Assembly: GCA_029976705.1 (NCBI GenBank)
Contig: JARVCM010000011.1
Coordinates: 2,286-66,285 of the forward strand
Length of the DNA: 64,000 nucleotides
Reading direction: 5' to 3'
Source of the DNA: Mollicutes bacterium
GTDB taxonomy: Bacteria > Bacillota_I > Bacilli_A > Mycoplasmatales > MT37
This document shows, one piece after another, positions 1-12,209 of the stretch (position 1 is the first letter of the stretch; every line of letters starts with the position of its first letter). A program made the translations under genes and the position numbers. The notes under the pieces are model-generated. The model searched no databases. It saw only the letters and a list, made by a program, of their open reading frames with translations, and was not told the origin of the DNA.

Positions 1-1
1 A

Positions 2-1408
2 TTAGAATATTTAACTTTAGATCGAAAAGCGCAATCTTTATCTAGTGGTGAAGCACAAAGAATTAGATTGGCAACACAAATTGGTTCAAAATTAACAGGC
101 GTAATTTATGTTTTAGATGAACCTTCAATTGGATTGCATCAGTATGATAATCAAAAATTAATTCACACTTTAAAAACAATGCGTGATTTAGGTAATACTA
201 TTTTAGTTGTTGAACACGATGAAGAAACAATTAAATCTGCTGATTGAGTGGTAGATATCGGTATTTTAGGCGGAGTATATGGTGGTAACCTTGTTCATTC
301 TGGAACGGTTAAAGATTTATTGACAAACAAGCAATCTATCACAGGAAAATTTTTAAGTCAAAGAGAATCAATTGAAATTCCAAAAAAGAGAAGAAAAGGC
401 AATAAAAAATTTATTGAAATTATTGGTGCTGAAGAAAATAATTTAAAAAAAATTAATTTAAAAATTCCGTTAAATACTCTTGTTTGTGTTACTGGTTTAT
501 CCGGAAGTGGTAAATCCACTTTAGTAAACGAAGTTTTTTACAAAGGAATAAAAAAACAAATTGACAAAAATTATCACGAAAAACCAGGAAAAGTAAAAGA
601 TATTAAAAATATAATAGAAATTGAACGTTTAATTTTAATTTCACAAGAACCAATTGGCAAAACTTCACGAAGTAATCCCGCAACTTACACTTCTGTTTTT
701 AACAATATTCGCGAAACTTTTGCTAATACTATTGAAGCAAGAAAAAGAGGTTATAAAATAGGAAGGTTTTCTTTTAATGTTCGTGAGGGGCGTTGTGGAA
801 AATGTGAAGGAGATGGATTGATTTATCATTCAATGTTATTTTTGCCTGATGTTTATGTTAAATGTACTGAATGCAAGGGCAAAAGATACAATCGCGAAAC
901 TTTGCAAATTTATTTTCGTGGAAAAAATATCGCTGATGTCTTGGATATGGAAATTGATAAAGCTATTATTTTTTTTAACAAAAACGCTAAAATTAAAAAA
1001 AAATTAGAAACATTGATTGATGTCGGGTTAGGATATATCAAATTAGGTCAACCATCACCAAAATTATCAGGTGGTGAAGCACAAAGAATTAAATTAGCAA
1101 CTCATTTACACAAAAAAAGAGACAGTAAAACAATTTATATTTTAGATGAACCAACAACCGGTTTACATAGTTATGACATTAAAAAATTAATTAAATTGTT
1201 AAATCGTTTTGTAGATCAAGGCGAAACTGTTATTTTAATTGAACACAATTTAGACGTAATCAAATCTGCTGATTACATTATTGATTTAGGACCCAAAGGA
1301 GGATCTAAAGGTGGAGAAGTTATTGCTTTTGGCACTCCGGAAAAAGTTAGTCGTGTTGTTAAATCTTATACTGGACAATTTTTAAGTAAAATTTTGAAGA
1401 AAAAATAA
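2..1408 (+). CDS. uvrA: excinuclease ABC subunit A, C-terminal part (5' end outside window)
   Basis: Frame 2 reads [43 protein letters not shown] (Trp) at 245-247 joins this to track ORF 248-1408, which has CGKCEGDG, a second [12 protein letters not shown] and [10 protein letters not shown]. Confidence 0.95.
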
Positions 1409-2634
1409 TGAATTTTTGATACGCTTTTTTTGTTTCTTTTGGTGTTGTTTTAGGAACTTCATATTTCTTTTGAAAATTTTGAAAAATCAAAATGCCTGAT
1501 CTTACATGATTATTTATTCTTGTCATAGGCGTTATTCTTGTCGGAACTTTGGGGGCAAGGTTATGAACCTATTTGTTTTCTGATGTATTATGAAAGGAAA
1601 TTAATAAAAATAATGATTTTTGACAACGTTTAAAAATATTTTTTGGGTTTGGTCCTAAAGGCATGCGCGGTTTGTCAGTTCACGGCGCTTTAATCTTTGG
1701 TTTTTTTTATTGTTTAGGAATTTTTACTTGATACAGTAGAAAATATCAAATTTCTCTTTGAATTTGTTTAGACACGATTGTAAAATCAACTCTAATTATT
1801 CAAATTGTGGGAAGATGAGGTAATTTTTTCAATCAAGAATTACTTGGAGAAATTATTACCAGTAATTATCCTAATGAATATGGATGAATTCCGGAATGAT
1901 TTGGTCAAAAATTAAAATTTGTTGGTGATAATTCAAATGGAATAATCAGACAACCTCTCTTTCTCTATGAATCGTTCGCTAATTTCGTCGTTTTAATCGT
2001 TTTAATTTTTATCGTTCCTAAGTTAGGAATATTTTTTAGCGAAGAATTAAAAAAGCACCCAACATTTATAAAAGTAAAAAGAAAAAAAAAAGGAGTATGA
2101 GAATGAATAAAATGAAAAAAAAAACAATGACAAACACTAAATAATTTATGAAAAAATAATATTTGTTATCCAATAATAAAACGAAACGCCAACCCGCAAG
2201 TAAGAATAAGTACTGGAAAAATAGGTAAATTGCAAATATTACCATTTACTAAAAACAAATTATATAAACAACAAGAACAAAAAAATTACAGAGAAAATAA
2301 ATGATGAAAGTGAATTTGATTAAAATTATGTTTATTTTTTCAACGTGACAGCAAGGAAATTACAAATTTATATAATCCATCAAAATTAAAAATTACTAGA
2401 TTAGGAGTAGTCTTTTTTCTTTATTTGTTGACTTACGGATGCATTCGTTTGTTTTTGCAATCACTTCGTTATCTTAATTCAACAAATAATTATAATCATC
2501 CTATGGAAATCACAGATATTGTTTCAATTGTTTTTGTTATTGTTGGTTTTTTGGGAATAGTGTTTTGTCAATTTATTATTCCTTATAAATGAAGAAGTCA
2601 AAGTTGATATTATGAAACTTGGTATTATGTCTAA
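1408..2634 (+). CDS. lgt: prolipoprotein diacylglyceryl transferase with internal W/K-rich insertion
   Basis: The ATG overlaps the uvrA stop (TAATG). The code-4 ORF is 408 codons with many in-frame TGA. It has the GRWGNFFNQELLG signature and hydrophobic segments. Start and stop are in the same frame. Confidence 0.85.
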
Positions 2635-2687
2635 TTATTTTCTTTTCAAGAAAAACAAGATCTCTTTAACATCAAATTAGTAGAAAA

Positions 2688-3731
2688 ATGAAAAATAATT
2701 GATTATATTTCACTAATTTATCTTTAACAAGCAATTGACTAATTTTTATTTTATTACTTATCATTATTGCTATTACTGCCGTTTTAATTCCTAAATTTAT
2801 TATCAGTTTTCTAGGTGCAAAAAACAAACATAATGTTTTATTATCTGTTTTTTTGCTGTCTTTTATTACTTCTATACCAGAATTACTAACTACTTTTTTA
2901 TTACCGTTTTGAAGTAATTCGCAAGATGATGGAATTCTTAAATCATTTTCCAATGTCTTGGGTTCTAATATTTTAATTGGAAGTTTTTTTTGTTTTGTGT
3001 TTTTATTATTTTTTTACAAATTAAAAACTCATAATTACTTATCAGAACTAAAAAAAATTACTATTTTTGGAGTATTAATAAGTTTTGTTGTTTTTTTAAT
3101 TTTGCTTTTGCCAAATTCATATTTAGTTTTTAGAAAAAACAAAATAACCATTATTAGTTTAATATTTGTGATTTTATATTGATTATTTGTTTTAAGTAAT
3201 TTCATTCAAATGACTAAACAAAAAACACTTGAGGTAAAAGAATTAAAAATAAACTTATTTAAACATCAAAAACAAAAAAAAATTTTATTTATTTGAGCGA
3301 TAATGTTAATCACGATTTTGGTTTCTGCGATTTTGGTTTTAATACGCTTAAGTGAGCATTTACAGACAAAATATCAATTTTCTAATCAAGTAATAGGAAG
3401 TTTATTTTTCGCTGTTGCCAACGCAACGCCAGAAATGTGAACAGCATCTAGTTTAATTTATTATGGTTTTTTTAGTTCAGCATTAGGAGTTATTGTAGGT
3501 AGTTATTTATTGAATTTTGTGATTTTTTTTGCCATGGAATTATCTACTAAAAAAGAAATATGAAGTTCATTATTAAACAACCAATTTGAAGAAAAATTAA
3601 TTTGAATTTGTTTTGTTGTTGGTTTATCTTTGTTGTTGTGCCAATTTAAAATTTTTCAAAAAGAATTAAAAAACTACGGTTTAATTCCAATATTGATTAT
3701 TGGAAGTTATAGTAGTTTTATTTTTATTTAA
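2688..3731 (+). CDS. Na+/Ca2+ exchanger (CaCA/YrbG-like) family membrane protein
   Basis: Code-4 ORF of 347 aa containing track ORF 2958-3182 in frame. About 10 hydrophobic segments. Two alpha-repeat-like motifs (ITSIPELL..GSNILIG and ANATPEMW). Confidence 0.6.
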
Positions 3732-3765
3732 AAAAAATAATTTAATTAGATAAAATTAAGAAATA

Positions 3766-4017
3766 ATGAATACAGATAGCATTTTATATATTTTAGAAAT
3801 TATTATTTTCATTGTTGCGGTGTTATTAATTGTTTTCAGTTTGTTTAAACAAACTTCTACACAAGAAGTTTTGTCCTCAATTAGTGGTGGTAGTCAAAAA
3901 TTATTTTTAAACAAAAAAACTAAATTAACCTCTTCTTTGTTATGAATTATTTTGTTTGTTTTGATGATGTTATTATTTTCTTTGATTGTTACATTAAGAA
4001 TTGTTATTAATTTTTAA
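3766..4017 (+). CDS. secG: preprotein translocase subunit SecG (probable)
   Basis: 83-aa ORF with two hydrophobic helices and one TGA. It lies immediately upstream of smpB, as in many Firmicutes and Mollicutes. Confidence 0.55.
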
Positions 4018-4456
4018 AACAAAAAATGAAAATTACTTCAAAGAAAAAAAAAAACAATTAATTAAAGAAAAAGTTCTTTGAAAAGTTCTCAATAAAAAAG
4101 AAATTAGAGATGTTGAAATTTTAAAAACCTGGGAGGCAGGAATTATCCTTTTAGGAAATGAAGTAAAAAGTATTTTAAAGGGTAATTTTGATTTTAAAAA
4201 TAGTTTTGTGTTTATTGATCGCAACCAAGAAGTCTTTCTCACAAATTTTAAAATTACAATTAGTCAAAAACAAACTCAAAGAGAAAGAAATTACAAATTA
4301 CTTTTAAACCGAAGCGAAATCAAACTTCTTCAAAGAAAAAAAGAAGAAAAAAAACTCATCATCATTCCGACACAAATTTATTTAAAAAAAAATAAAATTA
4401 AAATGGAGATTGCTCTAGGTAAAAGAAAAAGAAAATACGAAAAAGAGCGAAAATAA
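4001..4456 (+). CDS. smpB: SsrA-binding protein SmpB (start uncertain: TTG 4001, ATT 4061, or ATG 4026 plus slippage)
   Basis: Reads NKKEIRDVEILKTWEAGIILLGNEVKSI..FLTNFKI..KLLLNRSEI..LIIIPTQIYLKKNKIKMEIALGKRK. It contains track ORF 4208-4456. tmRNA lies directly downstream. Confidence 0.85.
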
Positions 4457-4539
4457 AAAAAATTGTTGAAATTCAAAACAGAATAATAATTTGCTATTTT
4501 TGAATTTTTAACTTAAAATGTAGTTGTTTTTAGATAGGA

Positions 4540-4910
4540 GGGGATGTAAAGGTTCGACAATTAACGAGTCTTTTTTGTTTGCAGTGGAGCGGTGGACCTA
4601 AATCACTAAGAGGTTTTTAAATAAAAGGAAACCAAAAAGAAGTACAATCTGTTAACGCTTTGATTTAATTTCAAAAGGTTAAGAGATGGGTCAAGTTAAA
4701 TTTTTGTTTGTTTATTTAACTTAGATTCTGATATCAAACAAAATCGAACAACAAATTAACTTGATTTGTTGTTTTAAAGTTTTAAGTTAGTGTAATCAAT
4801 GTTTTTGTTTAGTTTTAACATTAGTTACGAAATAAAAAAACTAAACTAAACTGTAGAAGACAGATCAAACTATTAATTGGAAATGGGTGCAAATCCCGTC
4901 ATCTCCACCA
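4540..4910 (+). ncRNA. ssrA: tmRNA (ssrA)
   Basis: The 5' GGGGATG pairs with the 3' CATCTCC-ACCA, giving a G3:U70 alanine identity pair. A T-arm-like GGGTGCAAATCCC is present. Adjacent to smpB. A possible tag frame is GGA AAC CAA AAA GAA GTA CAA TCT GTT AAC GCT TTG ATT TAA; the tag is low confidence. Confidence 0.9.
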
Positions 4911-4934
4911 AATTTTAAATAATTATGAAACCTT

Positions 4935-5561
4935 ATGATTATGAAAAATATAGAAATCATTACAATTATTAGTTGTTCTTTTATCGGTATTTTACTGTTG
5001 TTGTTTTTATGCTACTTGCTTTTTTTATTAATTAAAAAATACAGCACTGAAGCAAAAGAAAAACATTCAAAATTAATTAATTTTGAAAAATTTATTATTA
5101 ATTTAAAAAACAGTTTAGATTTTTTTTGTAAAAAAAAGGTAGGAGCACTCATTATTTTAAAGGGTAAAGAAGATATTAGTTCTAACTTTGCTACCAACGG
5201 TGTGTTTGTAAATGCTGAATTTTCTTCTGAACTATTAAACAATATTTTTTGTTGTAAACGTTCACAATTACATGATGGAGCAACAATTATAGAGAGTAAT
5301 TATCGTATTTCTTATGTTTCAATCATTTTAACAATCCCTAAGGTTAGAAAACCAATTCGTAACCTTGGCACAAGACACAATGTCGCTAGCGCAATTGCAA
5401 CAAAAAGCGACGCAATTGCTATTGTAGTTTCGGAAATTTCTGGAATTATCACAGTTTTTTTTGGAAAAAACGAAACTGAAAAAATCAAAAGAGGAAATAA
5501 AAATAATTATAATGATTTGATAGAAAAAATCAGAAACTGAAAAAATGAAAAACAAAATTAA
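4935..5561 (+). CDS. cdaA: diadenylate cyclase (CdaA/DacA family)
   Basis: N-terminal TM segment, then DAC motifs LHDGATII, LGTRHNVA and VVSEISG. The track ORF is extended through TGA 5538-5540 to TAA 5559-5561. Confidence 0.85.
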
Positions 5562-6993
5562 AGAAGTTTTATTAAACAATAACAAAAAAAATAATTTTTC
5601 AACGTTGAAAAACGCAATTAAAAATAAAAACGTAACTCAAATAAGAGAAGTGGCAAATTATTTTAATGAAACAGACATGGCTAATTTTATGGAAAAAATG
5701 AATTTAAAACAACAAATATTTTTATTACGTTCTCTGGATAACCTAACAGCTTCAGAAGTTTTTAATCATTTAAGCATAGAAACAACAACAGAAATCATTG
5801 AAGCGTTCAGTAAAAAAGAAACAAGAGATATTATTAGTCCACTTTATTCTGATGATGTTGTAGAACTAATTGAAGAATTACCACAAAAATTAATTATCAA
5901 AATTTTAGAATCTACCTCTAAAGAACAACGTAAAGATATTAATTATATTTTAAATTATCAAGAAGAAACAGTTGGTTATGAAATGAATGTTGATTTTATT
6001 CCAGTTAAAATTAATGACAAAGTTTCAGAAGTTATTGACAAAATCAACAAACCAAAAAAAAAAATTGATGAAGATGTTGAACATTTTTACGTAGTAGATG
6101 AAAAAGGCGTTTTAATTGGTTATATTCCTTGAAAAAAATTATTACAAGCAAATATCAAAAATAAATTAATTGCCGAAATATGTGAAACAAATGTTATCTC
6201 TGTGCGTGCTTTTGATACAAAAGAAATCGCCGCAAAAAAAATCTTGAAATATGAATTAACACAATTACCAGTTGTTGACGGAAAAAATAAATTAGTAGGA
6301 ATTTTAACCAACGAAGAAGCATTACAACTTGTAAAAGAAGAATTTTCTGATGACATTAATAAACAAGCCGGAATCATTGAAAGTTCCGATAAAAAATATT
6401 TTGAAATTTCAATATGGCAAACATTTAAAAGTCGAATGCCTTGGTTATTGATTACAATTTCAATCACAACACTTTCACAACTTATATTCACACTTTTGTT
6501 GAAAGATTTCAATGAAAACAACGTTAAACTAGAATGATTTAAATTCGTTTTACCTTTTCTTCCCTTTATGTTAACGATTGTCGGAAACGTTGCTTTACAA
6601 TCAACCTCCATGATTGTTAAGGGATTGACTTTATCAGAAATTCAAAATTCAAAATTACGTAAAGTGTTAAACAAAGAATTATCGGTTGCCTTTTTAATTA
6701 TGATGACAGTTTGAACTATTAATATTCCGCGAACTTTTTTAATTGAATTTTTACTTAATCAAAAAATCCAGTGAGATCAAGCAAAGTTTTGAAAAAACTT
6801 ACTTAATGTTAATGTAATTATTTTTTTTGCTATATTTTTTTCCATTTTAGTTTCAAGTAGTTTGCCCATATTAGCAAATCGTTTAGGTTATGATCCTGCA
6901 TTAATGTCATCTCCTTTGTTAACAACGATTGTGGATTTATTTGTTACTGGTGTAGCGGTCGGTTTTTCATATTTGCTTTATACCAATATTTAA
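5545..6993 (+). CDS. mgtE: magnesium transporter MgtE
   Basis: Track ORFs 5545-6132 and 6202-6537 are in one frame. Shows the MgtE N-domain, CBS pair and C-terminal TM domain (..SSPLLTTIVDLFV..). 482 codons. Confidence 0.9.
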
Positions 6994-7095
6994 AAAACAA
7001 AAAAGAACACAAAAATCAGCAAAAGCAAATGATAAAATAATATTTCAAATAAAACGATTTATTGAGGTGTTGAATTTTATTTAACAAAGAATCAT

Positions 7096-7172
7096 GGTGG
7101 GTGTAGCGAAGGGGTTAACGCACCGGATTGTGATTCCGGGATTCGTGGGTTCAAGTCCCATCATCCACCCCA
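7096..7172 (+). tRNA. tRNA-His (GTG)
   Basis: Cloverleaf with an extra 5' G(-1), anticodon arm CCGGA-TTGTGAT-TCCGG, T-arm GTGGGTTCAAGTCCCAT and an encoded CCA. Confidence 0.9.
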
Positions 7173-7195
7173 TTTTATTTTAGAAATTGAAGATT

Positions 7196-7786
7196 ATGAA
7201 AGAGATAGAAAAACAAAAATTACCAAAATTAGGCTTTATCAAATTGATTACTGGACCGATGTTTTCTGGAAAAACATCACATCTTTTGAAAGAAATTTGA
7301 TATTACAATAAAATCAGAAAATGAAAGCATATGATTTTCAAACCTGTTTTAGATCTCCGAAACCAAAAACAAAAAAATCAAATTGTAACACACAACTTAT
7401 TACCACAAGAAGCAAGAAAAATAAAAAAAAATCAAGAATTGTTAGAAATAATTAATCAAGAAAAAAATGCCCCACGAATTATTTTTATTAGTGAAGTTAA
7501 TTTTTTTGCATCGGGGTTTAGCGAAACATTGGACAAAATTAGTAAAAAAGGAATTAATATTGTTTGTGAAGGATTAAATAAAGATTATTTAGGTAATTAT
7601 TTCCCAGAAATAAAAAAAATATTAGAAAAAAAACCTAAGTTAAAATTATTGTATGCTAACTGCTATCGTTGTTTTAAAAAAGCTGGATATTCAAAAAGAT
7701 TAAATGATAATAAAGAAATTATTTTTGTCGGTGGAAAAGAAAGTTATTTACCCGCTTGTCAAAAATGTTATAAATTAAAAATTTAA
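7196..7786 (+). CDS. tdk: thymidine kinase
   Basis: P-loop GPMFSGKTS and C-terminal Zn motifs CYRC..CQKC. Joined to track ORF 7331-7786 through two TGA codons. Confidence 0.9.
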
Positions 7787-7794
7787 AGATATTG

Positions 7795-8367
7795 ATGTTG
7801 AAAATTGCTTTTGTAGGAATTGAAGGAAGCGGTAAAACTTGACTTACCAATTTTTTTGCACAAAAATATAATACTTCTTACACTCATGAATATGGAAATT
7901 GATATTGCGAAAATATTTTAAACGGATATTTTAAAAATAATCGCTTTTTAACAACAAAATCTGATTATGTAAAAATTGTTGACGGACAAATCAAAAACAA
8001 CAATGAAGTTTTAAAAAAAGCAAACAAAGTATGTTTTTTTGATTCAGATTACATTTTTACAAAATATTTCATTGATAAACAATATGTTAATTGAAATTGA
8101 ATTGATATGTTTATTCATGAACAAAAGATAAATGTTTTTATTTTTTTAGAAATTGAAGAAATTATTATTAAAAAAAAATCTTTCGTGGAAGAAGACACAA
8201 TTCAAGAAGAAGCAAATTTACTTTTGGATTATTATCAAAAATTAACAAAAACTAAACTCATTGTTGTTCATTCAATGGATTATGAAGAGCAACAATATAA
8301 AGTAGAAAAAATAGTTACGAAACTTTTGGAAAAAAATGAAAAAAAATTTCACCATCAAAATCAATAG
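7795..8367 (+). CDS. P-loop ATPase, NadR/AAA_28-like (function uncertain)
   Basis: Reads MLKIAFVGIEGSGKTWL.. and is in frame with track ORF 8107-8367. About 190 aa. Confidence 0.5.
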
Positions 8368-8794
8368 TTTAAAAGACACAAAAAAATTAGCAAAAATTTG
8401 TGTTGAAAATCTTAAAACACCAGTAATAATCTGTCTTTATGGTGAAATAGGAATTGGTAAAACACAATTTGTGAAATTTTTAGCCAAATTTTGACAAGTA
8501 CCTGATATTGTTAACTCACCTACTTTTACAAAAATGCAAATTTATCAAACAAAAAAAAAGGATATTTTTGTACATTTAGACGGATATCACTTAACCCAAA
8601 AAAGTGATTTAGGGTTTTTTAAAGAATATTTAAACGAAGAATATGTAGTTATTGAATGACCCGAACCTTTTGTGAAATTTTTGAATTTTGAAAATGTTAT
8701 TAATTTATTTTGAAAATACAATATTCAAAAAGAGAGAATTGTAAAAATAGAAAGTTATTATAAAATATTGGAAAAAATTAAAAAATTTTATTAA
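8336..8794 (+). CDS. tsaE: tRNA t6A37 biosynthesis ATPase TsaE
   Basis: 152 aa with GEIGIGKTQF..SPTFT..HLDGY motifs. Followed by tsaB. Confidence 0.8.
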
Positions 8795-8796
8795 AA

Positions 8797-9369
8797 ATGA
8801 TGTCTGGTATTTCTCTTTTTATTATTGCAAATAGACATAAATTGTTTATTGTGATGTTTCAAAAACAAAAAAAAATCATTTCTGAAGAAAGTAATTTTAA
8901 TAATCAATTTAGTGAACATTTTTTTCAAAAAATTAATGAAACATTAAAAGCACAAAATCTTACTCTTTCACAAGTGAATAATATTTATTCTGGCATTGGA
9001 CCCGGGAGTTTTTTAATTCACCGAACAATTATTACATTTTTAAAAACAATAAAAATTTTAAACAAAGAGTTAAAAATTTTTATAATTAATAATTTAATTT
9101 ATCAAACCGGAAAAGAAAAAGAAGTTATCAGTTTAATTGAAGCAAATAAAAAACAGTATTATATAAAAATAATTAACAACAACAGTAAAGAGATTAACAA
9201 ATTTAATAAAATTCAAAAGGAAGATTTAAACATAATTACTAAAAAATATTCAGAATATAATATTTATAAAGACTTAGAAGGTTTTGATCATTGAGAAAAA
9301 TTTCAAAAAATGCGTAATAATTTTCAAGAAATATTAAATTGAAAAAAATTAAAATCAATTGAATTATAA
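8797..9369 (+). CDS. tsaB: tRNA t6A37 biosynthesis protein TsaB (YeaZ-like)
   Basis: GIGPGSF motif. Track ORF 8797-9294 is extended through two TGA codons. Synteny with tsaE. Confidence 0.7.
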
Positions 9370-9376
9370 TTTTATA

Positions 9377-11749
9377 ATGACTTATTCTCATACCAAAATT
9401 GAAAAAAAATGACAAAAAATCTGAAAAGAAAAAGCAATATTTAAAACCGATATTACCGATTGAAAAAAACCTAAATTTTATATCCTAGATATGTTTCCTT
9501 ATCCCTCAGGCAGTGGTTTGCATGTTGGTCATTTACGCGGTTATTTAGCAACCGATATCATCACTCGTATTAAAATCATGCAAGGATACAATGTTTTTCA
9601 TCCAATGGGATTTGACAGTTTCGGTTTGCCCACTGAACAATATTCAATCAAAACAGGAAAAGATCCTATTTCATTTACTGAAAAAAATATTCAACATTTT
9701 TGACAACAACTAGAATCTTTTGGTTTTACATATGATCAAGCACACATTATCAAAACACATGAACCTAATTATTACAAATGAACACAATGAGCATTTTTAA
9801 AAATGTGAGAAAAAAAATTAACCGTACAAAAAAATACAACTGTTAATTATTGTCCAAAATTAAATACTGTTTTAGCAAACGAAGAAATTGTAGAATTAAA
9901 TGGGCAAATGGTATCAGAAAGAGGCTCTTATCCTGTAGTCAAAAAAGAAGCAAAACAGTGAGTGATTAAAATAACAAATTTTGCTCATGAATTAATTGAT
10001 GGATTAAAAACATTAGATTGACCAACAGCAATCAAATATTCACAAATGAAATGAATTGGTAAAAATAATGGTTATTTACTTCATTTTTCTGTTCAAAATA
10101 AAAAAAAACAAATTTCTATTTTTATTAAAGATTGAAAAGAATTAAATTCAACTCATTTTGTTCTTTTGGCAATTAATAATAAAATAATTGATAACTATTT
10201 ATCTTTGGAAATTAAAAATAAAATTCAAAAAATCAGAAAAGAATATACTAAAAAACCATTACAAGTTGATAAAAAATTAGATAAACAACCATTAGGTTTG
10301 GTAACAAATTTATTTATCCTGAATCCTATAAATCAAAAAAAAATACCAATTTGTTTTGCTCAATACATTGACGCTAATTTTGCTACTGGTATGAGATTAA
10401 GTAATATTTCCAAAAATATTAAAGATTGATTTTTTGCCTTTCATCATCAAATTATTAATCAAAATATTCTTAAAACAGCAAAACAAAATAAAGTCACCAA
10501 AAACAACAACGATTTTGAATTTAATAAAATTATTAAAAAAAAACTATTAAAAGCTAATATCAAAACAGAAAAAATCACATTTTATAATTTGCATGATTGA
10601 ATTTTTGCTCGTCAACGTTATTGAGGAGAACCCTTCCCTGTTGTTCATAAAGAAAATAAAATAATCGGTTTATCCGAAAAAAAATTACCTTTAAAATTAC
10701 CAAAAATTTCCAACACTTTATTTTTAAAAAAAAATCAAATAAGTCCATTGGCTGAAATAAAAGCATGAACAAAAAAAGGTTATGATGTAAACACAATGCC
10801 ACAATGAGCTGGTAGTTGTTGATATTTTTTGGCATATCTTTTAAAAAAATCCGACAATACTTTTTGACCCTTAAATAGTCCTGAAGCAAAAAAAATACTC
10901 AATCATTGAATGCCTGTTGATCTTTATGTTGGCGGCCAAGAACATGCCGTTTCACACCTTTTATATTCAAGATTTTGAAATCATTTTTTAGTAGAAATTG
11001 GTTGTCATAATCATAAAGAACCGTTTAAAAAATTATTAAATCAAGGTTTAATCTTAGCTCATGATGGAAAAAAAATGTCTAAATCTCGTGGAAATGTTGT
11101 TGATCCAAATAGTTTTTTACTATCTCATGGCGCCGACGCTTTGCGTTTATGAGAAAAATTTTTAGGACCTTTTTCACAAAAAATTTATTGAAAAGAAGAA
11201 GGATTAGACGCGATGAGAAAATGATTATCAAGAGTATATCGTTTGTTTATTGTCAACAAAAAATTATTTACAACAGAAAAAACTAATGAATTAGAATTTG
11301 TTCATGCCAAAATGATCAAAAAAGTAAATGAAAACTATAATAATTTTAATTTTAATGTCGTTATTTCCGAACTAATGTCTTTTATTAATTTGTGTTACAA
11401 AAGTAAAAAAATTAACATTCTTTATGCTAAAGATTTTTTAAAATTACTTCATCCAATTTGTCCATATTTAACAGAAGAAATATGATTTTTATGAAAAGAA
11501 AAAAAAATATTAATTCATACAAGTTGACCAAAAATAAACGAAAAAAAACTTGTAAAAGAAAAAAATACTTTTGCAATTCAAATCAACGGCAAAACAAAAA
11601 AAATAATTAATTTCAAAATAAATGAAAAAAAAGAACAAATTATTGAAAAATGTAAAGTTTTACTATTCAATAAAATTAAAAAAACAAAAATTAAAAAAAT
11701 AATATTTATAAAGGAGAAAGTTGTAAATTTTGTTTTAGTTAATAAGTAA
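9377..11749 (+). CDS. leuS: leucine--tRNA ligase
   Basis: [16 protein letters not shown] (HIGH motif) and KMSKSRGN. Three track fragments (9491, 10166, 11243) share one frame. 790 codons. Confidence 0.97.
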
Positions 11750-11833
11750 TTATTTTTCATAAAAAAGAGAAAAATTCATTTATGAATTTAATAATATGAA
11801 AAAATCAAAATCTGAAAAAATAAACAAATAAAA

Positions 11834-12184
11834 ATGAAAGACATCAGCAAACAAATTAAGTTTCTCAGAATTGAAAAGGGATGAACACAAAAAAAATTAT
11901 CTCAAAAAGTTAACATATCACAGGCAACTATTTGTCGCGCAGAAACTAGTTGTGATAATCTCAGATGAAAATCAGTAATCAAAATTTTAAGCGTTTTAAA
12001 AAAAAATAATTCAATAAAATTATTTGAAGATAATTTTATGCTCAGAGAAGAAGAGTTTTTTATTTTTATCAATGAATTAAAAAAGAACGCAAAAATTTGA
12101 ACTTTAATCAATTATGACCCAAAAAAGACAGTAAAAATTTTTTCAAAAGTGGTTGAAAAATTTTTTGAATTTGATAAAAAGTAA
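11834..12184 (+). CDS. XRE-family helix-turn-helix transcriptional regulator
   Basis: 116 aa. Reads IKFLRIEKGWTQKKLSQKVNISQATICRAETS, typical of an HTH_3 domain. Confidence 0.7.
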
Positions 12185-12209
12185 TAAAAGTGTTAAAATT
12201 CATTACAAA

